IMG/VR virus record: IMGVR_UViG_3300020044_002209
Span: 1-34,158 of that record
Length of the DNA: 34,158 nt
Origin: a virus
Lineage: Duplodnaviria > Caudoviricetes
Direction: 5' to 3' (one strand)
Made by a program: the position numbers and the translations under genes. The stretch's first letter is position 1, and every line of letters begins with the position of its first letter. The notes under the pieces were generated by a model, which saw only the letters and a list, made by a program, of their open reading frames with translations, made no database searches and was not told the DNA's origin. Positions 27,264-34,099 of the stretch are shown piece by piece.

Positions 27264-27614
27264 TCACAAGGTAGCTATCACAATTGTACAACCGCCGCCT
27301 GATTTAATCGACCCCCTTGCAATCTCTATTTTGTCAAACTGTCCGTCATCATCAAACACGCCGGCATCTTGCAATGCATCAAATAATCCTTTCAAACGAT
27401 TATCAAGGTCGATGCTGCGCCTATCCCTTGGGAATATTGTAATAATCGCCATCAGCCTGTTTGAGCCAAAACTAGGTATTTTGTTAACCGTAACGTACTC
27501 TTGCACCGCTAATTTGTAATCCCTGCCTCCCTGACTAAGGATTGTTCTGCCCCTAAAGTTGCGCCAATAAGTGTTCATTGATGGCGGTAGCGGCAACTGG
27601 AGTGTGGCAATCAC
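27264..27614 (-). CDS. rusA: Holliday junction resolvase RusA family
   Basis: LPLPPSMNTYWR, DLDNRLKGLFDAL and DDGQF catalytic motifs. Confidence 0.9.
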   Translation of the reverse strand: MIATLQLPLPPSMNTYWRNFRGRTILSQGGRDYKLAVQEYVTVNKIPSFGSNRLMAIITIFPRDRRSIDLDNRLKGLFDALQDAGVFDDDGQFDKIEIARGSIKSGGGCTIVIATL

Positions 27615-27877
27615 AATAATGCTTCAGTTTGGGTTAATAAATCTTCTTCTGTAACCCCATATTTTTGAGCAAACGCCTTTTTGCCCAATCCATGTACCCC
27701 ATCATTGCCGGTATGATGATTTGGGCATAGCGGTATAACCGGCGCATTTTCACGTTTCATTCCTAATCGTCTAATGTGATGAATATGGGCTGGTGTTTCC
27801 CCATATCCCAAGTGCCGGCACAACGAGCATCCAAGCTCTGCAAGTTTTTCAAAGTGTTTGCGTTGTACTTTGTTCAA
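27611..27877 (-). CDS. Ref-like / HNH-type Zn nuclease
   Basis: GCSLC, HIHHIR, IPLCPNHH and GVHG; TTG start at 27877 after SD GGAGG. Confidence 0.8.
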   Translation of the reverse strand: MNKVQRKHFEKLAELGCSLCRHLGYGETPAHIHHIRRLGMKRENAPVIPLCPNHHTGNDGVHGLGKKAFAQKYGVTEEDLLTQTEALL

Positions 27878-28031
27878 CTTGAGCCTCCGACCATTCTTGC
27901 AGATCAACAACAACAATTTGCATATCCACGGCAATATCAGCAGATGCGTTGTATTGGCCCTTTAAAATTGCGTTTTGATATTGATGCATCAATTTTTTAA
28001 GTTTAATAAGGCTTTCAGAATAATCTTTCAT
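27849..28031 (-). CDS. Hypothetical protein
   Basis: 60 aa ORF with ATGA overlap tiling the operon. Confidence 0.65.
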   Translation of the reverse strand: MKDYSESLIKLKKLMHQYQNAILKGQYNASADIAVDMQIVVVDLQEWSEAQVEQSTTQTL

Positions 28032-28357
28032 TTTGTTATTTTCTCAATTTGTCGGTTACTAGCTTGTTCGGTACGCCAGGCATCAAACCTCATCTGTGCG
28101 CTTGTCATACGCCATTTAAGTAGCTCGGCCTGTTCGGTTGCTGCCCCGATTGCGTCACAATGGGTTTGGTATTTAGGGTTAGCGTAAGCCTCTCGCTCTT
28201 GGCCTCCAATGCTAGTTTCGCCTGATTCTTTCATTAGGATTGCTTTTAGGCTTGACTTGAACGCCTCCAGTTGCGCCAGTTCGCCCTTTGCTTTGGCATA
28301 TGCCGGCGCATTGTCCCAAATGTATTCAATCGCTGGATGTGGGCTGTATTCACTCAT
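28028..28357 (-). CDS. Helical phage protein (possibly UvsY-like)
   Basis: YAKAKGE..QEREAYANPKY..WRTEQAS; ATGA overlaps. The fold guess is weak. Confidence 0.7.
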   Translation of the reverse strand: MSEYSPHPAIEYIWDNAPAYAKAKGELAQLEAFKSSLKAILMKESGETSIGGQEREAYANPKYQTHCDAIGAATEQAELLKWRMTSAQMRFDAWRTEQASNRQIEKITK

Positions 28358-28572
28358 TTAAGTCTTTCCTTTACAAAAGCACGCCCAACAAAAATGTCAC
28401 AAGTCATCACTACCAATGCACTTAAAGTTACTTTTTCTATTTCACCGTGACAAGAAACCGTGTAAGTTGTGGCATCAGTATTAATGTCATCACGCCTATC
28501 CATATATTCAACTGATTTGTTACAAACGTCACAAATAGGCATATCCATTAAAAAAAATTTATTATTTTTCAT
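28354..28572 (-). CDS. Small Cys/His-containing hypothetical protein
   Basis: CDVC...SCHG; ATG overlaps the MTase stop (ATGA). Confidence 0.65.
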   Translation of the reverse strand: MKNNKFFLMDMPICDVCNKSVEYMDRRDDINTDATTYTVSCHGEIEKVTLSALVVMTCDIFVGRAFVKERLK

Positions 28573-29488
28573 TTAAGCAACTCCCATGCTGTTGCTGCAC
28601 AAAAGGGTACTTGCCCATTTCCAATGGCTTTAAGTCTGTCCACCCTAGCGGCCACCCCATCAGCCACTCGACCCACGTTGGGTTCAATGTCCCACCAACT
28701 CGACTGCTTAATGATGGTTCGTTTCGCAACGCTTCGCTCGGCGCATTGGTTTCTTTTGCCATGTGCGCTGTCGGTGTTGGCCATTTTTTTACCAAAGTTG
28801 CCAAACCATCCCCCGAAGTTTTTGACAAACCTTTTTTGTTGTAATTCCCGCAAACTGTTGGCGTAGGCCACATTTGACTTGGCGGTGGGTACGCCACTTG
28901 TTCCCTCAATGTTGAATGTGTTGATCGGCCTTGCCTGTTGTTCTCGTGTTGTTTTTTTAGCGCCTTTGGAGTCCTGGGTGGCAGAGAATCCATGCAATTT
29001 GGTGTTAGCCAATATCCAGATTCTTTCTCTTTTATGGTTTGCACCAACGTCTGCCGCAGATATAACTCCCCACCGACTGTCATACCCCATGCTGGTAAGG
29101 TCTGCAAGGACTCGTTCAAGTCCTCTAGTAACGAGCATTGGACTGTTCTCCACAAATGCGTATTTGGGTCGAACTTCGCCAATAATCCGTGCCATGTGAC
29201 TCCACATTGATGATCGTTTTCCATCAAGCCCATCTCCTTTTCCTGCAACTGAGATGTCTTGGCATGGAAATCCTCCAGATACAACGTCAACAATTCCTGC
29301 CCAAGGTTTTCCGTCAAAGGTTTGTACGTCATCCCAAATCGGGAAAGGCGGGAGAATTTTGTCATTTTGTCGGGCGCACAATACGCTTGCTGGGTACTGT
29401 TCCCACTCAACGGCGCAGACGGTTCGCCATCCAAGCAAGTGTCCTCCAAGTATTCCTCCACCAGCGCCTGCGAAAAGAGCCAACTCAT
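28562..29488 (-). CDS. Overlapping-frame protein, putative beta chain of the C5 methyltransferase
   Basis: 308-codon open frame overlapping the MTase end to end. ATG overlaps the upstream stop (ATGA). Contains W(L/P)TP repeats and motif-IX-like LNPTWVEWLMGWPLGWT. Confidence 0.7.
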   Translation of the reverse strand: MSWLFSQALVEEYLEDTCLDGEPSAPLSGNSTQQAYCAPDKMTKFSRLSRFGMTYKPLTENLGQELLTLYLEDFHAKTSQLQEKEMGLMENDHQCGVTWHGLLAKFDPNTHLWRTVQCSLLEDLNESLQTLPAWGMTVGGELYLRQTLVQTIKEKESGYWLTPNCMDSLPPRTPKALKKQHENNRQGRSTHSTLREQVAYPPPSQMWPTPTVCGNYNKKGLSKTSGDGLATLVKKWPTPTAHMAKETNAPSEALRNEPSLSSRVGGTLNPTWVEWLMGWPLGWTDLKPLEMGKYPFVQQQHGSCLNEK

Positions 29489-29492
29489 TCAC
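28569..29492 (-). CDS. DNA cytosine-C5 methyltransferase, catalytic (alpha) chain
   Basis: Motif I LFAGAGG, IV GGFPCQD, VI VENS, VIII HKRER and X RLKAIGNGQV; motif IX not apparent; GTG start. Confidence 0.92.
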   Translation of the reverse strand: MNELALFAGAGGGILGGHLLGWRTVCAVEWEQYPASVLCARQNDKILPPFPIWDDVQTFDGKPWAGIVDVVSGGFPCQDISVAGKGDGLDGKRSSMWSHMARIIGEVRPKYAFVENSPMLVTRGLERVLADLTSMGYDSRWGVISAADVGANHKRERIWILANTKLHGFSATQDSKGAKKTTREQQARPINTFNIEGTSGVPTAKSNVAYANSLRELQQKRFVKNFGGWFGNFGKKMANTDSAHGKRNQCAERSVAKRTIIKQSSWWDIEPNVGRVADGVAARVDRLKAIGNGQVPFCAATAWELLK

Positions 29493-30123
29493 TTAGTCCC
29501 CTTTCGTTTATGTCGTAGAACCAATCGTCACCGGCTGACCATTTGCGTGATCCGTCTACAGTCCAAATATGCCGTGATGCTTGAAAGTCAGGGAAGTCCG
29601 TTTTAGCCGGTATTAGCGACTGGTCGTACCAAAGGCATCGGTTGTTTGGTTGCGCTGCAAATTGACCATTATCTAACCGGATAAAGTTAAATGATTTGTG
29701 TTCTTCAGCAACCTCAGTAAAGCCTGTGTCAACATCCATACCGTCGGCACAAAAATCGACTGTAAACAAGTATTTACCAAAGTGCCATTCTTTGTCTTTA
29801 CCTAAGAATTTAACCCCTAAGTTACGCAAACCAATCTTTTCATGAACGGTAAACCTGTAGCCCATGCAATCCCAAAGTTGCAGAATGTCAAAATCTAAAT
29901 CGCCATGTTTAGTATTCCAAACGTAAGCCTGGATAGGTAGTTTGTCGTACAAAGCGCCATACCGTGGCAACAGGCTTTCGATGCGAAACACTTGCCCACG
30001 GATTGCTTTGATGCTTACCCAAATGCAAGGCTCAAGCCCACCGTGGCCTTTCTCAAAGTTGTACAAATACTCACGCCTAACAAAACATTTTATTGGCGGT
30101 AAGTTTCCAATGATGTAGCTCAT
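29485..30123 (-). CDS. Phage protein of unknown function
   Basis: Start MSYIIGNLPP at 30123 (ATGA overlap); QLWDC, YLFTVD, EHKS and NGQFAAQPNNR look like conserved motifs. Confidence 0.8.
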   Translation of the reverse strand: MSYIIGNLPPIKCFVRREYLYNFEKGHGGLEPCIWVSIKAIRGQVFRIESLLPRYGALYDKLPIQAYVWNTKHGDLDFDILQLWDCMGYRFTVHEKIGLRNLGVKFLGKDKEWHFGKYLFTVDFCADGMDVDTGFTEVAEEHKSFNFIRLDNGQFAAQPNNRCLWYDQSLIPAKTDFPDFQASRHIWTVDGSRKWSAGDDWFYDINERGLSE

Positions 30124-30416
30124 ATTAAATCCATCTGTTTTGGCATAACCTTCCATTCCCGTTCGGCCCTACCGCTTTTGCTTTGAACGTTGCGACCAGT
30201 TAGCAGGATTTCATGATTGCGTTCTAATTCACTAAGCCGCCTGGCAACTTGATTGCCATCGAGTCCTGTAATCGTGGCTATACCGTCTTTTCCTTGTGGC
30301 CCATACTTGCATAAGGCTTGGATGATAATCGTGGCGTGTTGAGCCGCTAAAGACTTTGCAGAGTCAGCAGCAGCCCAACTGGTGGCGGGATCGGTGTTAC
30401 GGGCAACTTGGTTCAT
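30120..30416 (-). CDS. Winged-helix DNA-binding protein
   Basis: ARNTDPATSWAAA start motif, HTH-like QVARRLSELER, wing KSGRAEREW. Confidence 0.75.
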   Translation of the reverse strand: MNQVARNTDPATSWAAADSAKSLAAQHATIIIQALCKYGPQGKDGIATITGLDGNQVARRLSELERNHEILLTGRNVQSKSGRAEREWKVMPKQMDLI

Positions 30417-30610
30417 GTCATCAACACCGAAAGAAGTGGAAAAAAACCAAATACCATTGCAAGCATCAACAAGCCAACAACCCAAGCAATCGGTGGTATG
30501 CGCTCGTCAGCTGCCGAATAACGTGTTTGGTTACGCATTGTGCGAGTGGTGCGGCCTGTCCAATTAGGATCGCCTAAGTCAGTCAGAAAAGGCCAGTTAC
30601 GCTTATTCAT
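30413..30610 (-). CDS. Small protein with C-terminal TM helix
   Basis: Start MNKRNWP after GAGGAGG; hydrophobic IAWVVGLLMLAMVFGFFPLL. Confidence 0.65.
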   Translation of the reverse strand: MNKRNWPFLTDLGDPNWTGRTTRTMRNQTRYSAADERIPPIAWVVGLLMLAMVFGFFPLLSVLMT

Positions 30611-30866
30611 CGCTGCCATCCTCCTCGTTAGCTGTAACGGTTTCAATATGGTTAATGTCAATAAAATGTGTGTACATTGGGCAAACGCAATTTTCAACAT
30701 CTTCAGCGTCAATCTTGATGTACGGTTCGCCGTTTGAATCTAGCTTTACACCGTCTGCGAATTGATCCATCAATTCAGCAATTTTTTTGTCTGTTAACTC
30801 ATAAGTTAACTGACGCATCAATTCACGCTTGCCTTCGTCCGTAAGTTGAATATATGAGTATTTCAT
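30603..30866 (-). CDS. Acidic hypothetical protein
   Basis: 87 aa ORF with SD AAGGGG. Confidence 0.7.
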   Translation of the reverse strand: MKYSYIQLTDEGKRELMRQLTYELTDKKIAELMDQFADGVKLDSNGEPYIKIDAEDVENCVCPMYTHFIDINHIETVTANEEDGSDE

Positions 30867-30869
30867 GGC

Positions 30870-31019
30870 TTACCCCTTAAACCCGTTGGCTTTTAAAAAT
30901 TGTTGTTCTTCGGGGCTTGCCATGCAAATCGCCATCATGTGCTTTTGCAAATACGCTTGCAATTTGGCTCGTGTTTTGTCGTTGGGGTTTGCTTTAAATG
31001 CTTGAATAAGTTTGCTCAT
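30870..31019 (-). CDS. Small early protein, 49 aa (not in ORF track)
   Basis: Hand translation MSKLIQAFKANPNDKTRAKLQAYLQKHMMAICMASPEEQQFLKANGFKG*; SD AGGGG; tiles the gap. Confidence 0.7.
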   Translation of the reverse strand: MSKLIQAFKANPNDKTRAKLQAYLQKHMMAICMASPEEQQFLKANGFKG

Positions 31020-31020
31020 T

Positions 31021-31182
31021 TTATGCAGCCCCTAACAAACGAGCAGCTTCTGACTTTAGTTCTTTGTTGCTGATCTCTGAGAAATCAACACCTTCCATCA
31101 TCAACTTCATGTGCAAATCAAATGCTTGATCGCAATCAAGAGTTGGAAACCATTTCATCAAGTCTTTTGTTACTTTGTTCAT
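31021..31182 (-). CDS. Small early protein, 53 aa (not in ORF track)
   Basis: Hand translation MNKVTKDLMKWFPTLDCDQAFDLHMKLMMEGVDFSEISNKELKSEAARLLGAA*; SD AAAGGT. Confidence 0.7.
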   Translation of the reverse strand: MNKVTKDLMKWFPTLDCDQAFDLHMKLMMEGVDFSEISNKELKSEAARLLGAA

Positions 31183-31204
31183 TTTATGTACCTTTATTTG
31201 TCAT

Positions 31205-31269
31205 ATGGCGTTGTTGCCATGTACAGATATTAAGCTATCTAAATAATAAAAGCATAGGTGTTTACCCTA
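31205..31269 (-). promoter_or_regulatory. Leftward promoter with operator, 5' hairpin and upstream palindromic site
   Basis: -10 TAATAT (31232-31227); operator AGATATTAAGCTATCTAAA (31225-31243); hairpin ATGGC-N6-GCCAT (31205-31220); imperfect palindrome TAGGTGTTTACCCTA (31255-31269). Confidence 0.65.
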
Positions 31270-31312
31270 ATTTTGCAATTATTTTTTACTTTTTGGGGTT
31301 TTTACAACAGGA

Positions 31313-31361
31313 TGCGGGTACTCGCTGAACAAGGAGTGTGAGGGACACGGCTTTCCCCGCA
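31313..31361 (-). ncRNA. Candidate small structured RNA with bulged-G (loop E) motif
   Basis: UGCGGG/CCCGCA stem, GAA(A)/(G)AGUA internal loop, inner GUGU-CCCUC-ACAC hairpin; TATAAT at 31371-31366 just upstream. Confidence 0.5.
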
Positions 31362-31366
31362 ATTTA

Positions 31367-32101
31367 TTATAGGTTGTTTTTGCGCTTGTAGAACGCTAGT
31401 AAATACTGAAAACAATCCCATGCAGAAGCTAAATCTTCCTCTGAATGTTCGATCAGTTTCACATCGCCTTCAGCAGTAAAGAACACGTTGGCGCATCTGG
31501 CTGTGGGTTTGCCAAGGCCGACACGGTAGGCAGCCAATTGCATCAGTTGTTCGTGATACGGCGCAACCTTCTCGAGCTTATCTTTGCTCTTAAAGTCGAT
31601 CACGATGTTCTCAGCAATCAAATCAACCTTGCCGCCAAATCCATCGTATGCAAATGAGCGTTCTGCTTCCCAAGTCTGGTCAGCCCCAAAATGGATTCTG
31701 ATTGCCGCATCAACATTCCAAACATAAGCAGGGTATTCATCTTTATCACCACGGTAAAAACGCTCAAGCACCCCATGCATTTGTGTGCCACGATCCATAG
31801 CGTCACGGCCTGTACTCTTACTATCGGTCATTACTCGCTCTAGCCAGTTTTCCTCTGTTTCGCCAGCAATGCGTGGCAACGTCAGCGCAGCCAATAAGAC
31901 CTGTTGTTGCAGCCAAGTGTTTAAGCCAGGTTTACCAATAATTCCAAGGATTGTTGTCACGCTAGGCTTTAGCCCCAGTTCCCTTGCGTCACGAACCGTT
32001 GTATTGCGTTCTTTGCCGTTCTTGCCAATGATTTTGTACGCTGGTGAACCGTCAGCTGCGTACCAATGACCTGATTCTGAGTCTGCTGATTTAATTATCA
32101 T
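31367..32101 (-). CDS. PD-(D/E)XK exonuclease (recombination)
   Basis: PSVTTIL, RGTQMH, AERSF, GKVDLI, IDFKS and QLAAY motifs; in operon with ERF and SSB. Confidence 0.88.
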   Translation of the reverse strand: MIIKSADSESGHWYAADGSPAYKIIGKNGKERNTTVRDARELGLKPSVTTILGIIGKPGLNTWLQQQVLLAALTLPRIAGETEENWLERVMTDSKSTGRDAMDRGTQMHGVLERFYRGDKDEYPAYVWNVDAAIRIHFGADQTWEAERSFAYDGFGGKVDLIAENIVIDFKSKDKLEKVAPYHEQLMQLAAYRVGLGKPTARCANVFFTAEGDVKLIEHSEEDLASAWDCFQYLLAFYKRKNNL

Positions 32102-32241
32102 TTGTTTACCTGTTTAGCTAGTGTTTTAAGCATTTCGATTGCGTCTTGTAGGTCTTGCATGGCCCTAGCGTCTAAGACCATGTTTTCGTACCATTGCTGC
32201 AATCGCCAAGATATTAAGATTGCCTCCTCTGCTTGATTCAT
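32098..32241 (-). CDS. Small hypothetical protein, 47 aa (not in ORF track)
   Basis: Hand translation MNQAEEAILISWRLQQWYENMVLDARAMQDLQDAIEMLKTLAKQVNK*; TGATG and ATGA overlaps. Confidence 0.7.
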   Translation of the reverse strand: MNQAEEAILISWRLQQWYENMVLDARAMQDLQDAIEMLKTLAKQVNK

Positions 32242-32678
32242 CAGAACGGCACATCATCAATCATTTCATCAAGAGGCACAACAATCCCCTCTTTGATTGA
32301 CCTGTAAGCGTCAGATTTTGGTTTGGCAGGCGCAGCAACTGGCGGTGCATCCTCCGCAGCCCGACCACCAAGCATTTGCATTTGGTCAGCAACCACCTCA
32401 GTTGTGTATTGATCCACTCCATCTTTGTTCTGCCACTTGCGAGTAGTCATACGACCCGCTACAAAGACCTGTGAGCCTTTCTTTAGGTAGTCGGCACATA
32501 TTCCTGCTAACTTACCAAACGCCGTGATCCTGATCCATTCTGTCGTTTCCTTGGTTGCGGTCTTGTAACCCACCGCAATTGAGAAATTACAGATTGCATT
32601 ACTGTCAGCGGTGTAACGTACTTCAGGGTCTTTGCCCAAGCGCCCAATAAACTCGCAGCGGTTAAGATCGTTTGCCAT
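32241..32678 (-). CDS. ssb: Single-stranded DNA-binding protein
   Basis: LNRCEFIGRLGKDPEVRY, YLKKGSQVFVAG and acidic DDVPF tail; start 32678 (TAATG). Confidence 0.95.
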   Translation of the reverse strand: MANDLNRCEFIGRLGKDPEVRYTADSNAICNFSIAVGYKTATKETTEWIRITAFGKLAGICADYLKKGSQVFVAGRMTTRKWQNKDGVDQYTTEVVADQMQMLGGRAAEDAPPVAAPAKPKSDAYRSIKEGIVVPLDEMIDDVPF

Positions 32679-33244
32679 TATTGTTGTTCCCAATTTGCTT
32701 TGAATTGATCGTATGCAGCCTTCAATGGAATCTGTTGTTCTTTCAAACAAACAGGCCATGCTGCCCTAAATATGTCCTTTAAGTTTTCATAACTAACCGC
32801 TGATGCCATTTGAGCAATGGTGTTGTCTAACTCGATGCCTTTAAGTTTCTCAATGACTTTGACTGGTGGCGCTTTGGTTGCTGCGTTACCGTCATCATCT
32901 TCTGACGCAATGCCAAGCGCACTTTGTAAACTGTAGCGTTTTGCATACGAAATTGCTGAACCGTAGCCTTGGGCATCTTGTTTGCTTGCAGGGATAAACA
33001 ACGTGCCACAAGACAACTGCTCACCTGACTCATGGATAAGGACTGTTTCGACTGCTACACCACCGTCTGCCGTATGCAACATCTGCACAAAGGCTAAACC
33101 GTTAGCGGACAGAGCAGGTCGCACAGCGTCAATGACTGATGCCAGACTTGAGTATGCAGATTTAAAGTGGGGATTTTTACTATCTTTGGCTGCGTGTGAC
33201 ATTGCTGCCTGAGCCGTAACTAATGCTTTTGCTAATTCTTTCAT
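32678..33244 (-). CDS. erf: ERF-family single-strand annealing protein
   Basis: KNPHFKSAY, LIHESGE and QGYGSAISYAKRYSL..EDDDG signature. Confidence 0.92.
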   Translation of the reverse strand: MKELAKALVTAQAAMSHAAKDSKNPHFKSAYSSLASVIDAVRPALSANGLAFVQMLHTADGGVAVETVLIHESGEQLSCGTLFIPASKQDAQGYGSAISYAKRYSLQSALGIASEDDDGNAATKAPPVKVIEKLKGIELDNTIAQMASAVSYENLKDIFRAAWPVCLKEQQIPLKAAYDQFKANWEQQ

Positions 33245-33264
33245 TTATGCACCTGTATAAAATC

Positions 33265-33316
33265 CTGACGGGTATGTCAGTAAATAGATATTAAGGTATC
33301 TAAACAGATAAGTCAA
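33265..33316 (-). promoter_or_regulatory. Leftward sigma70 promoter with overlapping palindromic operator
   Basis: TTGACT (33316-33311), 17 bp spacer, TAATAT (33293-33288); palindrome TAGATA-N6-TATCTA (33285-33302); hairpin CTGAC-N6-GTCAG (33265-33280). Confidence 0.75.
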
Positions 33317-33334
33317 ACCATACAATAAACACCA

Positions 33335-33350
33335 TGTTAAGATTGCTACA
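33335..33350 (+). promoter_or_regulatory. Extended -10 promoter for a leaderless cro-like mRNA
   Basis: TGtTAAGAT (33335-33343) ends 6 nt before the ATG at 33350; no SD. Confidence 0.55.
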
Positions 33351-33565
33351 TGAATACAACAGAAATCATCCAAACATTAGGCGGCACATTTGCTGTAGCC
33401 AAGCTCTGCCGTGTCAGTCCACCAGCTGTATCACAATGGCGCAACAATGGTTTGCCTGGTGACAAGTTAGTGTTGCTGGCTGCCGAGCTTGAAAAGAAAT
33501 CAAACGGTAAGTGGTCAAGAAAAGAAATCCCCAACTGGCAACAAATCTGGCCTGAGTTGCATTAG
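33350..33565 (+). CDS. cro: Cro/YdaS-like HTH regulator
   Basis: IIQTLGGTFAVAKLCRVSPPAVSQWRNNGLP and C-terminal WQQIWPEL. Confidence 0.85.
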   Translation: MNTTEIIQTLGGTFAVAKLCRVSPPAVSQWRNNGLPGDKLVLLAAELEKKSNGKWSRKEIPNWQQIWPELH

Positions 33566-33637
33566 ACTTATTAAGCCTTTAGCAAGCAGAAACGTATCAA
33601 TGATAAGGGTCGTGTTTCACCAGGTTAGCTTTAGACC

Positions 33638-33666
33638 TTGACACATCGGAAAGACGGTGGCAGAAT
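33638..33666 (+). promoter_or_regulatory. Strong sigma70 promoter
   Basis: TTGACA (33638-33643), 17 bp spacer, TGg-CAGAAT extended -10 (33658-33666). Confidence 0.8.
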
Positions 33667-33691
33667 TGAATCGTTATCGTTGCAGATAATT

Positions 33692-33781
33692 AAGCCGTTT
33701 AAATCTATATATTGACCCTTCGGGGTGACATCCTTAAAAAAGATGTTCTGCAACCAATATATAGATTTAAGCGGCTTTTTT
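33692..33781 (+). ncRNA. C4/CI-like antisense RNA candidate (long stem, multibranch top, U-tail)
   Basis: 23-bp stem 33692-33714/33755-33777 (one GU); inner ACCC-UUCG-GGGU and GACAUC/GAUGUU hairpins; UCUGCAAC is complementary to GTTGCAGA at 33679-33686; followed by a T run. Confidence 0.65.
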
Positions 33782-34078
33782 GTTGGATGACTGTCAGGGC
33801 GCATTAGCTAATAGAGTGACCACTCGTACCCAGAACAGGTCAGTTATACATTTGTTATATAGCTTTATCCCGTGTGACCCGCACGCCCTAGTAGAGAAAT
33901 CGAACAGGATATAGACAGAGTTTGGAAACAAACTAAAACCATTTACTCTAGGTATTGATCTTCTACACCTGCAAGGACTGTTAGTGTTTTAGGGAATCTA
34001 GGGGTGGGGTGAGCCGCCTGCCATAAAGCTAACAAGCTACAGGTCTGTCGTAAAGGATTTATCCTCAACTACTACGGT

Positions 34079-34099
34079 GGGTGGGTATAAGGGTAGGGG
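34079..34099 (+). other. Canonical G-quadruplex-forming motif
   Basis: GGG-T-GGG-TATAA-GGG-TA-GGGG, followed by AT-rich AACTATATTTAAATAAAA. Confidence 0.55.

Noticed and set aside
28611-29606. Several plus-strand ORFs antisense to the dual-frame MTase
   Set aside because: No RBS, promoter or motifs; plausibly a by-product of the constrained dual-coding sequence.
31367-32101. Cas4-like nuclease suggesting a CRISPR system
   Set aside because: No Fe-S cysteine cluster, array or other cas genes; context with ERF and SSB indicates a recombination exonuclease.
32209-32218. AGATATTAAG, a third partial copy of the operator
   Set aside because: Inside a coding region, lacks the TATCT half-site and has no plausible -35.
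33570-33637. Possible second C4-like structure after cro (GAAACG/CGTGTTTC, TATCA-A-TGATA)
   Set aside because: Outer arms pair poorly; not supportable without covariation data.
33692-33781. tRNA call for the multibranched hairpin
   Set aside because: No D-loop, TTC T-loop in the correct geometry, 7-bp acceptor stem or CCA; the stem is 23 bp.
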